DNA of 64,000 nucleotides from a plasmid: sequence record NZ_CP023526.1; one strand, 5' to 3'. Shown piece by piece: positions 43,604 to 56,409 of this stretch (position 1 is its first letter; each line of letters starts with the position of its first letter). The notes under the pieces were generated by a model. It saw only the letters and a program-made list of their open reading frames with translations, ran no database searches and was not told where the DNA came from. The position numbers and the translations under genes were made by a program.

Positions 43604-44054
43604 AAGGACTCTCTTATTTTTAGCCGATTTTAAAAGCGGTATTTTTTGGTCATTCGGTTGAGATCAGCATTATTATTAAGTCATCGGTTCAGACATAATA
43701 AAACCTGTAAAACTGTGCGGCATTTTAATTTAGAGCACCGAGCCAGTTATTAACATATTTAAGAGTAACGTGGCCTTGATACGAATAAACATACTTTCCG
43801 GGAATATAGTTAAACACCATGTAGTATGTCAACACAGACTGTTTTGTATCTGTGGTTATTGGCTGTTTTCAGTATATGTACAGAGCGTGACCGCAGGATC
43901 TTTCCTCTGCAGAGTGGGCGCTTATTCCTTCTTTTCTGTTCTTTGAAATAATGTCCTCCGCCCCCACAGCCAAAGCATCACAGAACCATTAAGGGTGCGA
44001 TTTACCCGAACGGTCTACTCAGTGGGGAACACACAATCACATTCAGTATGATTT

Positions 44055-45335
44055 TTGTACTACGCTTTAGATCATCGCACTAATCTCGAAAATTTTTACT
44101 CCGGGGGCATGGTGTCTTCAGTTCGATTTTTGATGCAGCTATTGCTGTGGTGTGTTCTCTATTTTTTTCTCGGGTACATATCACTTTATCTTGATGATCC
44201 CGTCAGCCAGGTGTCTTTTGTCTGGTTTCCGGCAGGTATTGCCGTCAGTGCTTTCCTGATGACACCTCGTCGTTTCTGGCCGTATTTGTTCCTGAGCCTG
44301 TTTCTCGTTAGAACGTTTCTTGATGTGACAATGCGGCATCCGCTTGAAATATCTCTGATGCACTCTGTTATTTCTTTAAGTACCGATTTATCTGTCGCTT
44401 GGTGCGTACGGCATTTCACTCGACCTCATGACACGTTATACAGCCTGGTAATCTGGTTGTCTGCGACTCTGATAGCCAGTGCCTTTGCAGCAGTGCTCGG
44501 CGGAGGGTGGGTTGTGTTGCACCATGGAGTGGGCTTCGTTCAGACGGTATGGATTTGGTGGTCTGCCAACGTAGTCGGCACTATTCTGTTGACAACTATC
44601 GTGATGGGATTGTTCTTGAGACAAGAGCTAGAAATATCGCATAAATGGTTGATAGGTGGTGCGCTGTGGCTGGTGTTATGCCTGAGTACAATTTATGTTT
44701 TCCATCAGCCTATTGGCGGGCCACGGGGAGAAGCGTTCCTGTTCAGCCTGGCCTGTATTCCCGTCCTGGTGATGATTATGATACCGGTGCTCAGTGGGAA
44801 TCAGATGGGGGCGATGGCATTTCTGAGCTTTTGCATCATCGTGATTTACTATTCATGGCAGCGTAACGGCCCGCTGTTTATACCCGGTTTGCACCCAGGT
44901 GAGCCCCTTTTGCTGGCACAGTGTTATCTGTCAGGCACAGCGCTCCTGCTGAACTTTGTCTATCTGCTCAAGCATCATCAGAGAACCAGTCCTGCATCAT
45001 CCTATTATCTGGATCCCAGAAGTGGACACCTGACCTGGGACCAGAGTTCGCCCAGCAGACTCACTCAACACCTTTCGATGATTAATCACACCGACCAGCT
45101 ATTCTCTCTGATGTCACACGATGACCAACAAATAATGCGTGAACGATGGGCCATTGTGCAAAATGGTGGCGCCATCAAGGGAGCGTTTCGGTTTTTACTG
45201 ATCCTTTCTCCGGGTAACACGTTGCATCTACAAGAAACGAAGCTCATTGCATTACAGCAGCCGGAGGGCGTCGTACTCATTGGCTACTGGGCGGGCGAAT
45301 TTCAGGAGCCCGACTCAATTATCAAGGGGATGTGA
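44055..45335 (+). CDS. Integral membrane protein with a MASE1-like N-terminal domain and a ~130-aa cytoplasmic tail, with no recognisable output domain.
   Basis: Multiple TM helices (WFPAGIAVSAFL). First gene of a 3-gene overlapping operon. Confidence 0.45.
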   Translation: MYYALDHRTNLENFYSGGMVSSVRFLMQLLLWCVLYFFLGYISLYLDDPVSQVSFVWFPAGIAVSAFLMTPRRFWPYLFLSLFLVRTFLDVTMRHPLEISLMHSVISLSTDLSVAWCVRHFTRPHDTLYSLVIWLSATLIASAFAAVLGGGWVVLHHGVGFVQTVWIWWSANVVGTILLTTIVMGLFLRQELEISHKWLIGGALWLVLCLSTIYVFHQPIGGPRGEAFLFSLACIPVLVMIMIPVLSGNQMGAMAFLSFCIIVIYYSWQRNGPLFIPGLHPGEPLLLAQCYLSGTALLLNFVYLLKHHQRTSPASSYYLDPRSGHLTWDQSSPSRLTQHLSMINHTDQLFSLMSHDDQQIMRERWAIVQNGGAIKGAFRFLLILSPGNTLHLQETKLIALQQPEGVVLIGYWAGEFQEPDSIIKGM

Positions 45336-45338
45336 CCA

Positions 45339-46612
45339 ATGCTGCAGGTTGCACTGTTATTGATGGGCATGGCTTTTGTGCGAAAAGCAGCCCCGGCACT
45401 GGGGATTGTGGGTGTACTGTGGGGGGGGCTTGGCATCTCTATCTTCCTGGATGGCATAGAAGGAATGCGCTATTTCCCTTTCCACGTCTTTGGCATTCTG
45501 CTACTGATCGAAAGCCTTGTGACACTGGTTTTAGCCAACAATGCTAAAGGTGCGCAAAAATCAGTATATTATTTCAAAGGTGGAACCTTTTGCTTTATTG
45601 CAATCCTAATCCTTTCCGGGCGTGAAAGCAGCAATCTGCTATTGGCCATTTTGTTCGGTTTCGCTTTTTTCATTACAGGGTTGTTTGTCATGGCTTCAGC
45701 CTGGGTCGTTCGTTACGATCGCTGGCCACAGGTTTTTGTTGGTGGTATTGCGCAACTGGCTTTTTCTCTGTTCCTCTTTTTTCCTTACCCCACCCATCAT
45801 CATGGAACCATTTCACAATTTCTTGGCATGATTATGATTTTAGGCAGCATTCAGTGCCTTCGGCTGGCATTCCGTGCATTCCAGCTACGTGAAGGGTCGA
45901 CCATCTTCAACTTGATGGAACACGCAACGCAACCACCAGCTTCGGAATTTATGCATGACGCTCACCCAGGAGGACCGCTGATTGTTCATATCTGGACCCC
46001 GGAGGGCTCTTCCGAGAATTCGCCCGTCCCACGGCCGGTGATTAATCGCTATATTGCCGCGGTTGATATTGACGGAGTTATTTCAACGGGACATGCCGCA
46101 CTGGAATCGCCACCTGATGTATACATCAGTCTGTATCCTGCTGTGGAGATTGACCGTTCACCCTCGGAATTTTTTCAAACGCTTAAAGCTATTCAGGAAA
46201 ATAACGTGCCCGGTGAATTTAAACCTAGCTATCAACGTGAAGCGGCCGACTGGTGTGATTCCGACTGGAAAATTGTCTTTCATCATTACAATGCCAACGC
46301 CTTACGCCGTTATTGGGAAAGCTACCGCGAGGTCAACACGTATAACCTGACGTGGCGTAACTGTTCCAGCAGCGTTGCCTACGCCCTCGAATCAGCGCTT
46401 GACGGCATCCTTTCCGGCAAGCGTGGATGGCTACATTTCATCCGCTTATTTTTCATGCCGGAGTTATGGATTGCCGCTCAGTTACGAAAACGCGCTACCA
46501 CCATGGCCTGGACACCAGGTCTGATGCTGGACTATGCACGCGCGCTACATGCTCTTGTTCATCCTGCTGAGCACTCGTGGTTGCATCGCTGGAGACAACA
46601 GTTGGATAGAAC

Positions 46613-46616
<4 letters not shown>
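45339..46616 (+). CDS. Membrane protein (N-terminal 6-TM region) with a C-terminal soluble domain carrying a GH...N-C-S-S motif.
   Basis: Its C-terminal domain is paralogous to the next gene. Conserved His (STGHAAL) and Asn-Cys (RNCSSSVAYALE) residues. Confidence 0.45.
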
Positions 46617-48421
<1,805 letters not shown>

Positions 48422-48456
48422 CTCTATTCAGGTGGCCAAATTCAGTAAACCACTTC

Positions 48457-48516
48457 AGTTGTTCTGAGGTGAGCATATCACCTCTATTCAGGTGGCCAAA
48501 TTCAGTAAACCACTTC
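48457..48516. repeat. Tandem duplicate of the terminal 60 bp (right end) of the IS911-like element.
   Basis: Exact 60-bp direct repeat of 48397-48456, seen directly. Confidence 0.85.
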
Positions 48517-48723
48517 AATATGACTGGAGAATATTGCTAAGTGGTTATACGGATCGTTATTGCTACAAGAACAATCTCCTGATAACAGTCTTCCTTTTGA
48601 AGAACTGAAGAAACGTAGCCACCTTACAAGATCTGACGTAACGACTATTGGCCCGACATATTCACTGGATATACGCCGCACCCGTTGAATTGTCTTGAGT
48701 GCTTTTACCCGGGAAAGGAATAA

Positions 48724-49467
48724 ATGATGTGTAAAAACCTTAAGTTTATGCTGGCCTTTATGCTATTCGTTGTTGAAGTTGCACACAGCGCTGATTTTTC
48801 TCTTGGCGTTCAGGGGGGCTATTACGGAACCGCGTATAAAACGCGTCATGCCGATCATTGGGCCCTGCCCTATATCGGTTACAACGGTAAAGATTGGTAC
48901 ATTGATGGCACTGAAGCTGGATATAATTTTATCAATACCGATACTCAACTTTTCCGTGCAAAACTCTATTACTACACTAACCAATATAGTTCTTCCGATG
49001 GTCGCAATTCGGCTATGCGCAGCCTCAATAGTCGCTACAGCACGATGATGGGCGGCTTTACCTGGCAGTATATCTCCCCTGTTGGAGCTTTCAGCACAAC
49101 AGTGGGCGCTGACACGCTGAATAACAGTAAGGGAGTAACATTGAATGTATCCTATATTCTACTGCAGCAGTGGGGGAATTTTACCCTGGTCCCTGAGGTG
49201 GGCGTTGACTGGTCGAATACGCAAAATACACGTTATTATTATGGGATAACAGATAAAGAGTCTGAACGTAGCGGCCTTTCCACCTGGCGCCCAAACGACA
49301 GTTATGTGCCTTACTTACAACTGGCGATGAATTATGCCTGGTCAAACCAATGGAATACTTGGGGAGAAATCACGGGACGATTTTATCCTTCAACCATAAG
49401 CAATAGCCCGATGGTCAATAAACACGACGTTACCGAGCTCACTGTAGGTATTAGCTATACCTTCTGA
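48724..49467 (+). CDS. mipA: MipA/OmpV-family outer membrane protein.
   Basis: Signal peptide, beta-barrel-like alternating pattern and a C-terminal F. Resembles MltA-interacting protein. Confidence 0.7.
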   Translation: MMCKNLKFMLAFMLFVVEVAHSADFSLGVQGGYYGTAYKTRHADHWALPYIGYNGKDWYIDGTEAGYNFINTDTQLFRAKLYYYTNQYSSSDGRNSAMRSLNSRYSTMMGGFTWQYISPVGAFSTTVGADTLNNSKGVTLNVSYILLQQWGNFTLVPEVGVDWSNTQNTRYYYGITDKESERSGLSTWRPNDSYVPYLQLAMNYAWSNQWNTWGEITGRFYPSTISNSPMVNKHDVTELTVGISYTF

Positions 49468-49564
49468 GACAAACAACACGTGTTGAGAGTGGGGTAGTAA
49501 ATATCCCCCTTCTCTCTTGGCCTCAATCGGATCCGTTCACATGCTTCTTCATAAGTTTCTGTTG

Positions 49565-50450
49565 CACTGCCCACATCGTCCCTTCAACATCAGGATATAA
49601 ACTGGATTATGTTGTATCTCAGCAGGAAGTTGCACCTGTAAGTATCCCAGCTTTAGTTCCACGTACTTTTTGAGAGTTCCGTTTTTTAGCCACCAGCCGG
49701 TATTCCTCCGGCGTCAGGTTTTTCAGGGATTCATGGGGACGCTCGCTGTGGTATTCATTCAGCCAGCATTCCGTGATTTCCCGGGCTTCATCCAGGGGCC
49801 TGACAGAGAAAAATCCTGGATTACTGTCCGGTAAGTTCGGTTAAAACGTTCGATAAACGCGTTCTGTGTCGATTTGCCCGGCTTGATAAATTCGAGCTGC
49901 GCGCCATGTTTTTCAGCCCATTGTGACGAGTGCCAGTGAGACCAGTTCTGGCCCGTTATCCATTCGCATCTTCAGCGGGTAGCCGCGGCTTGCCACTATT
50001 CTGTCCAGGACCCGGACGGGGGATATTCAGGTCGATTTCTATCGCCGACGCTTCACGATTAAAATCATCCACTATATTGAAGGTCCGAAAGCGCCTGCCG
50101 CAGCCCAGCGGGCGTGCATAAAATCGATAGACCTGTTCTGGTTTTGCGCTTCCGGCGTGGCCAGTGGTGTCAGGTTACACACAGGCAAACGAGGCTTTCC
50201 TTTCCGACAAAAATTCAGCTTTAACCGGCAGTAAACACGGTAAACACGCTTATGGTTCCAGACGCTGCCCTGCCAGCGAAGCAGCTGAAACAGCTTCTTT
50301 AAACCATATTGCGTATAACGTGCTGCCAGCTCAGTCGGTGCCAGAATCACTGGTTCATCCCGGCGAGTGTAAGGCTGGTAAAGATACATGTTCCTGCTCA
50401 GTGATAACAATCTGCATGCCTGACGTAAGCTCATGGCAAACTGCACGGTC
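49565..50450 (-). pseudogene. IS3-family transposase OrfB remnant (frameshifted; orfA missing).
   Basis: Fragments such as ACRLLSLSRNMYLYQP (HTH_21-like) and a C-terminal ...HESLKNLTPEEYR. Multiple frame breaks. Confidence 0.55.
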
Positions 50451-50621
50451 AGACAGCTGACCAGATCACGCTTTATCGCTGGTTTTAAAGTTTTTCAATA
50501 ACATCTTTCAGGATGCGCCGGGTCATGTTTAACGGAAATGCAGGGGTGAATATCTCAGAAACGGCCATGGCGCCGGGGCGGGAAGGGGCGCCGGCATGCC
50601 GGCGCCCGGACGGAGCAGGTG

Positions 50622-51775
50622 TCAGCCTTTGCCGGTGACGGCCGGTCGGCCGTCGGTGCTACAGGTCACCCGGAGGCGCTGTTGATGTCCCACATTGTCA
50701 CGGATGTTCACTATGCCCGTCAGGTCGTTACTGGTTTGAACAGAAAAGTCACTATCCTTAACCGTCACTGATGCCTGCATAACAGAAATATCCTGGGTGT
50801 TATAATTCAGTCCGTGGCTGAAGGAGAGGAGCGTTATCGGGGTCTTCACTTCCACAAATGTATGGTTCTGAGCGGTTTCCCGGGGAGTGATGGTTAACGC
50901 TTTCCCCTGCACAGGGACGACCCAGGCATTAAAGCGGGTTTCAGGATTGATGGTCTGTTCAGATGAGGCCACGGCGCCCTGGCTGGGGGCCAGTTTACCG
51001 TCTTCTGCCCCTCCGGCGCTGGTGACAGTCAGCCTGATAGGGGAATTATCCTTCAACATGGAATGACGGAGCTGCCAGGCGGTATATTTCCCTGACACCT
51101 TATTTTCATCAACACCTTTTTCACCACGAGCCTCGAGCACAAGATTACCATGGAAGGAAATGTCGGTCTCACCGCCCTTTGTTGCCCCCCCCACGCCGAG
51201 GCGTTGGTATAATCAATCGGCTCCATAACGGTCAGAGCGACAGTCGCCTTTTCTTGGCTGGAGGCATCGCTGCCGTCACCGATGGGGGTGGCACTGTGCT
51301 CCGGCGACAGAAATGCCCCCAGCTTAAACTCCTTCGTGGAGTGCATTACAGACAGACTACTCACATAAAATACCTTTTCCGCCGTACCATCAGCAGAAAC
51401 CGGCGTTTCCCCACCCCCGTTGTCATAAAACCCCAGGGTGTAATCATTTTTACTCAGACTGCAGAACAGCTCATTGCTGGTCCCGTCGTGTATACCGACG
51501 CTACCGGAAAGCGCTTTCTTTGAGGATGTGTCGTAAAGATAAACCTTGTCTTTCCATTCATCGGTGACATCGGTGACATTATTCTTTTCATCGGTCCGGA
51601 TAATTTTAAAGCGAACCCGGACCGGGAGATTATTTTTCTCGTTACCGAAGATTTTTGCCGAGCGGTGTGAGACCGCGTCGGGAAAGTCGACCTCCATTGA
51701 GTTAACAGATATACCGGCAGGGAGTTTGCCGACGACAAGTGAGTCGTCGGTAGTGGATAAGCTATTCATATTCAT
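50622..51775 (-). pseudogene. Ig-like/adhesin-like gene split into two overlapping frames by a frameshift at a C9 homopolymer (51185-51193). Possibly 5'-truncated, since it has no signal peptide.
   Basis: ORFs 51053-51775 and 50622-51194 overlap in different frames across the poly-C run. Confidence 0.5.
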
Positions 51776-51831
51776 TCCTTAGATTAATTATAAGTTTAAA
51801 TGCGTCCGACGGCATATTCGCCCCATTATCA

Positions 51832-51842
51832 GGGGGGGGGGG
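51832..51842. repeat. G11 homopolymeric tract ~55 bp upstream of the adhesin-like gene.
   Basis: Seen directly. Confidence 0.9.
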
Positions 51843-51935
51843 CAAGAAGGAAATTCTGACCATACTGTGAGAAAATTTGCAGAGGGGATATATATCAGTC
51901 TGAAGTGAAATCCGGCAGGTTCTGTCGAAAATACT

Positions 51936-52151
51936 CTACAAAATCGAGGGGAGCCTTATTCCGGACATGGTCAGGCTGCTTATGTATACAACTGCCTCCA
52001 GGCTGAGGTGTCTCCTGTATTTTCCATGCTGCTCTTTTTTAAGCATCCGGTGCAACGCTATTCCCACAATTGTCGCTTCCGCGGATCCCAATGATTTAAA
52101 TCCGGGTGCAGACTTCGCAATACGTTTAATACCCTGATGGTCCTGTCCCAC
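51936..52151 (-). other. 71-aa ORF ending in a repeat element (copy A, ~51941-52060) that recurs at 63113-63240. Possible transposase or integrase fragment.
   Basis: ~35-bp plus 24-bp blocks shared with 63113-63240 (TACAAAATCGAGGGGAGCCTTA..TCCGGA.. / TCTTTTTTAAGCATCCGGTGCAAC). Confidence 0.3.
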
Positions 52152-52488
52152 CAGATTGCTCCGATATTTTATCCGCCTCCCCCTATCAACAAAGGCCAGA
52201 GTTCACAGAGAAATAACAGGTGGTAGCGAGATGTCCCTGAGAATGAACACGGTAATTGTGAACGAACAAAACAACAGATAATCTCCTGGCAAGGTTGGCA
52301 TAAAAGGTTGTTTGCAGCTGTCACACGATATTAAAAATGAAAGCACAATGCAGATAGACGGCGAAGCTCAGAAAATTTATCCACCAGCACCGCAAAGAAC
52401 TTCTCGACTGCATATGCCCCCGGATCCTTCACTCCGTCAAGGTTATCGCAACTGAAGCAGGATGAACCGCCCGCTCTGGCTTTCGTCA

Positions 52489-52701
52489 TTACGCAGGTGT
52501 ATTTTCCGCCCCGGCACGCGCCGCGTCAGCCACATCAGGCAACGGAACTTCTTCACGGTACAGGGCCAGTACGGGCACAAGTACATCAACGATTGTCCTG
52601 TTACCGGAGCCTCGTGAAGGCTTTCCGCTGATATCATGCGGCGGTTTACCTGACTGTCGAATCGATGCATAGTGAGCGGGGATAATCGCGACAAAATCCA
52701 T
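52489..52701 (-). pseudogene. N-terminal fragment of a KdsB/KpsU-like CMP-Kdo synthetase.
   Basis: MDFVAIIPAHYASIRQSGKPPHDISGKP resembles the KdsB N-terminus (IIPARYASTRLPGKPL). Only ~70 aa. Confidence 0.4.
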
Positions 52702-53266
52702 AGCGGAAGCTCTTCCTGAAGCTATTAGGAATATTTGTATACTGCTGTCGACGACCAGATAAATACGAAGTTAACTTTCACTTTGTAGCTGCATTTTCGG
52801 CAAATAAAGAACAGCTTTTTCATCAATATTTAGGATAATTCTTTTCATTTAAGACCATTCTTGCGCATGCCCATTTTTTCAATAGCACCTTCCTTGATTA
52901 ATTACACTCATCATCTTTATACTCCCCATGCAATGCGCAGAGCATAAAAAACACTGCAAACCACGGAAGGAGAAAACAGTTTGCAATCAAACAGGCCATA
53001 AAAAAATAACTTTTAAATTCAGCCGGATAACGAAAATGTCACTCTGACTTTTCATGAGCTACTGATATTATGGAAGTGACCATTGATGTTAATCATATGG
53101 CAAATCATAATAATCTGGCTTAATTTAAATTCCTTTAACCCCGGCAATGACGATAAAAAGAGCCTGCCTGACATATTTGCCAGCGTGCATTCTCCTCAGC
53201 ATTCTCATTCACCCTTTGTTTAATATCCAGGGCTATGATGAGTGTTAATTTCCCGTATTTAACGTT

Positions 53267-54472
53267 ATGGAAAACTACGTTATGTCGCCAGTAAAATTCA
53301 CCTCCCGCCGCACGGTACTGCTTTGCATCTTCGCGCTGACCATTGCCACTGTTTTACTCGCATTATTTCTGCATAAGCCAGCACAGCCTGCCTACATTAC
53401 GGCCCCGGTGCGACTGGGCAGTATTGAAAATGCCGTACTGACCACCGGCCGGCTGGATGCAGTGGAGCGCGTCAATGTCGGTGCACAGGTTTCCGGCCAG
53501 GTGAAATCACTGAAAGTTAAAGTGGGTGACAATGTGACCAAAGGACAATCTGTCGCCGAAATAGATGATCTGCCCCAGCGTAATGACCTGCGTACTGCAG
53601 AAGCCAGTCTGAGCGAGATTAAGGCCGATATGCTCGCAAAACAGGCGCAGCTTAAACAAGCTGAATCAAAATACAAACGCCAACGCAGGATGCTCAGTGA
53701 AGAGGCCAGCTCTCAGGAAGACTACGAGAATGCGGAAACGACGCTTGCCACCTTGCGGGCGCAAATAAAGTCGCTTAATGCCCGACTTGTACAAGCGCAA
53801 ATCACCGTCGACAAAAAGAAAGTCGATTTGAGCTACACGCGCGTGGTTGCTCCGATGGACGGGATTGTCATTGCGGTTGTCACACAGCAGGGCCAGACCG
53901 TAAATTCCACCCAGAGCGCACCAACCATCATCAAACTTGCCCGCCTTGACGTGATGACCATTAAGGCCCAGGTCTCTGAAGCTGACATCACGCGTGTCAG
54001 ACCGGGCCAGAAAGCCTGGTTCACTATCTTCTCAGAGCCTGAACATCGTTACGATGCCACACTGCGCACCGTTGAGCTGGCACCAGAATCGATAATGAAA
54101 GACGATTCACTGGCCAACAACAGCACTTCATCGGGATCCGGAACGTCAAATGCATCCGTTTATTACAACGCACTCCTCGACGTCCCAAACCCCGGTAATC
54201 GCCTGCGCATTGCCATGACCGCCCAGGTTTCAATGGTGCTAGGCGAAGCAAAAAACACCCTGCTGATACCTGTCCAGGCGGTGCATAAAACAGCGGATAA
54301 AAAATCGCAGGTTCAGGTGCTGACCCCGGACGGACGTACTGAGGCGCGTGAAGTCAAAACGGGGATCTCCAACAATGTTGATGTGCAGATCCTCTCCGGA
54401 CTGAAAGCAGGTGAAATCGTTACGCTGTCTCAGCCAGAGGCCAAATCTGCCGAAGGAGTATTCTTCCTGTGA
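53267..54472 (+). CDS. macA: MacA-like membrane fusion protein (HlyD family).
   Basis: Collinear with E. coli MacA (VDVGAQVSGQ, KAQVSEADI..KPGQKAWFT). Confidence 0.85.
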   Translation: MENYVMSPVKFTSRRTVLLCIFALTIATVLLALFLHKPAQPAYITAPVRLGSIENAVLTTGRLDAVERVNVGAQVSGQVKSLKVKVGDNVTKGQSVAEIDDLPQRNDLRTAEASLSEIKADMLAKQAQLKQAESKYKRQRRMLSEEASSQEDYENAETTLATLRAQIKSLNARLVQAQITVDKKKVDLSYTRVVAPMDGIVIAVVTQQGQTVNSTQSAPTIIKLARLDVMTIKAQVSEADITRVRPGQKAWFTIFSEPEHRYDATLRTVELAPESIMKDDSLANNSTSSGSGTSNASVYYNALLDVPNPGNRLRIAMTAQVSMVLGEAKNTLLIPVQAVHKTADKKSQVQVLTPDGRTEAREVKTGISNNVDVQILSGLKAGEIVTLSQPEAKSAEGVFFL

Positions 54473-56406
54473 AGGCAGTCATGGAACTAAAAGGTGTCAA
54501 CCGGACCTACTCAAACGGCAATCAGTCCCTCAGCGTACTGAAAGATATCAACCTGACTATCAGGGCCGGCGAAATGGTCGCCATCATCGGGGCTTCCGGC
54601 TCCGGTAAATCAACGCTGATGAATATTATGGGTTGCCTCGATGTACCTGACAGCGGCGACTACGCTATCGGTGGCCAGAATGTAGCGCTGCTGTCTGCTG
54701 ACGCGTTAGCACAAATTCGTCGTGAACACATTGGCTTTATCTTTCAGCGTTATCATCTTATGCCCGACCTCAGCGCACTGGGTAATGTGGAAATCCCGGC
54801 CATTTATGCCAACCGTCCCCGCGACCAGCGCCGATTGCGGGCAGCCCAACTGCTGGCCCGACTGGGCCTGGAAGGGTGGGAGAACCACCGGCCAGGTCAA
54901 CTGTCAGGCGGGCAGCAGCAACGCGTCAGTATTGCCCGATCGCTTATCAACGGCGGGGAGATAATTCTGGCTGACGAACCCACCGGCGCACTCGATTCGC
55001 GATCAGGCCAGGAAGTCCTGGCTATTCTCAGTGAGCTAAACCAGCGCGGTCATACCGTCGTTATCGTTACCCATGATATGAATGTCGCGAAACGTGCCCA
55101 GCGAGTCATTGAACTTCGGGACGGTGAAATCATATCGGACAACGGGCATAACCCCGGCACCGGACAACCGTTTCCACAATCCCCCCGGGTGTCGCAGAAA
55201 GGCTGGCAGACTCTCCTGGATCGCACCCGTGAGTCGCTGCATATGGCGCTGAAATCGATGAATGCTCACCGCCTGCGCACCGCACTGACAATGACCGGTA
55301 TCATTTTTGGGATTGCCGCTGTTGTCACTGTTGTCGCACTGGGTGAAGGCGCCAAACAGCGAACCCTGGAAAACATCAAAGGGCTGGGTACCAATGTGGT
55401 CAGTATTTTCCCGGGTAGCGATTTCTTCGATGATGCCGCCGACAAAATCCGCACACTGGTCCCTGCCGACGCGGATGCCCTCGCACAGCAGAATTTTATC
55501 GAAAGCGTCACGCCGGAGATCTACGCTCAGGACACTATACGCTTTCGCGGAAAGTCGGCCCCAGCCACCGTCAACGGCGTCGGACGGGACTATTTTCACG
55601 TAAACGGCATCACAATTATTCAGGGAGCTACGTTTCGCGATGACCGTCATGCCCTCCAGGAAGTCATTATCAATGATAACGCCGTACACTCCCTTTTTGG
55701 CGATCCGGGTGCCGATGCGCTGGGCCAGATTGTGTTTCTCGGATCCGTTCCGGCCCGGGTGATTGGTGTAGCAAAAAGTAACCGTGATTATCCTCCTAAC
55801 CGAATAGCAGTCTGGATGCCCTGGAGTACCGTCATGTACCGCATGGCGGGAAAATCAACGTTAAGCAGCATCAGCGTTCGTCTGCGGGACGACGTCACCA
55901 ATGAAGCCGCAATAAGCGCCATTACGCAGTTGCTTATTCAGCGTCATGGGGTAAAAGATTTTATGCTGTTCAACCGTGACCAGTTTCGAAAATCGGTCGA
56001 ACACACATCCATGACACTCAGCCTGCTAATCCTGATGGTCGCTTCAATCTCCCTGATTATTGGTAGCCTTGGGGTTATGAATATCATGTTGGTTTCTGTA
56101 ACGGAACGCACCCACGAGATTGGCGTCCGCATGGCGGTGGGTGCGAGACGAAGCGATATTATGCAGCAGTTTATGACAGAGGCCGTGCTGGTCTGTCTGA
56201 CCGGCGGTGCACTGGGCATTGCCCTGTCATTCGCCACTGGGCCACTGTTCTCTCTGATGGCGGGCAACATGCTCAACGCCATCTGGTCCTGGCAGGCAGC
56301 CACCATTGCATTTTTCTGTTCAACGTTAATCGGCATGGTTTTCGGCTATCTCCCTGCCCGTAAAGCGGCCAGGATGGATCCCGTCGTTTCACTGGCCAGT
56401 GAGTAA
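54469..56406 (+). CDS. macB: MacB-like ABC transporter (N-terminal ATPase plus FtsX-type permease).
   Basis: Walker A GASGSGKST, LSGGQQQRVSIAR, and 4 C-terminal TM helices. 4-bp overlap with macA. Confidence 0.9.
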   Translation: MKAVMELKGVNRTYSNGNQSLSVLKDINLTIRAGEMVAIIGASGSGKSTLMNIMGCLDVPDSGDYAIGGQNVALLSADALAQIRREHIGFIFQRYHLMPDLSALGNVEIPAIYANRPRDQRRLRAAQLLARLGLEGWENHRPGQLSGGQQQRVSIARSLINGGEIILADEPTGALDSRSGQEVLAILSELNQRGHTVVIVTHDMNVAKRAQRVIELRDGEIISDNGHNPGTGQPFPQSPRVSQKGWQTLLDRTRESLHMALKSMNAHRLRTALTMTGIIFGIAAVVTVVALGEGAKQRTLENIKGLGTNVVSIFPGSDFFDDAADKIRTLVPADADALAQQNFIESVTPEIYAQDTIRFRGKSAPATVNGVGRDYFHVNGITIIQGATFRDDRHALQEVIINDNAVHSLFGDPGADALGQIVFLGSVPARVIGVAKSNRDYPPNRIAVWMPWSTVMYRMAGKSTLSSISVRLRDDVTNEAAISAITQLLIQRHGVKDFMLFNRDQFRKSVEHTSMTLSLLILMVASISLIIGSLGVMNIMLVSVTERTHEIGVRMAVGARRSDIMQQFMTEAVLVCLTGGALGIALSFATGPLFSLMAGNMLNAIWSWQAATIAFFCSTLIGMVFGYLPARKAARMDPVVSLASE

Positions 56407-56409
56407 ATA

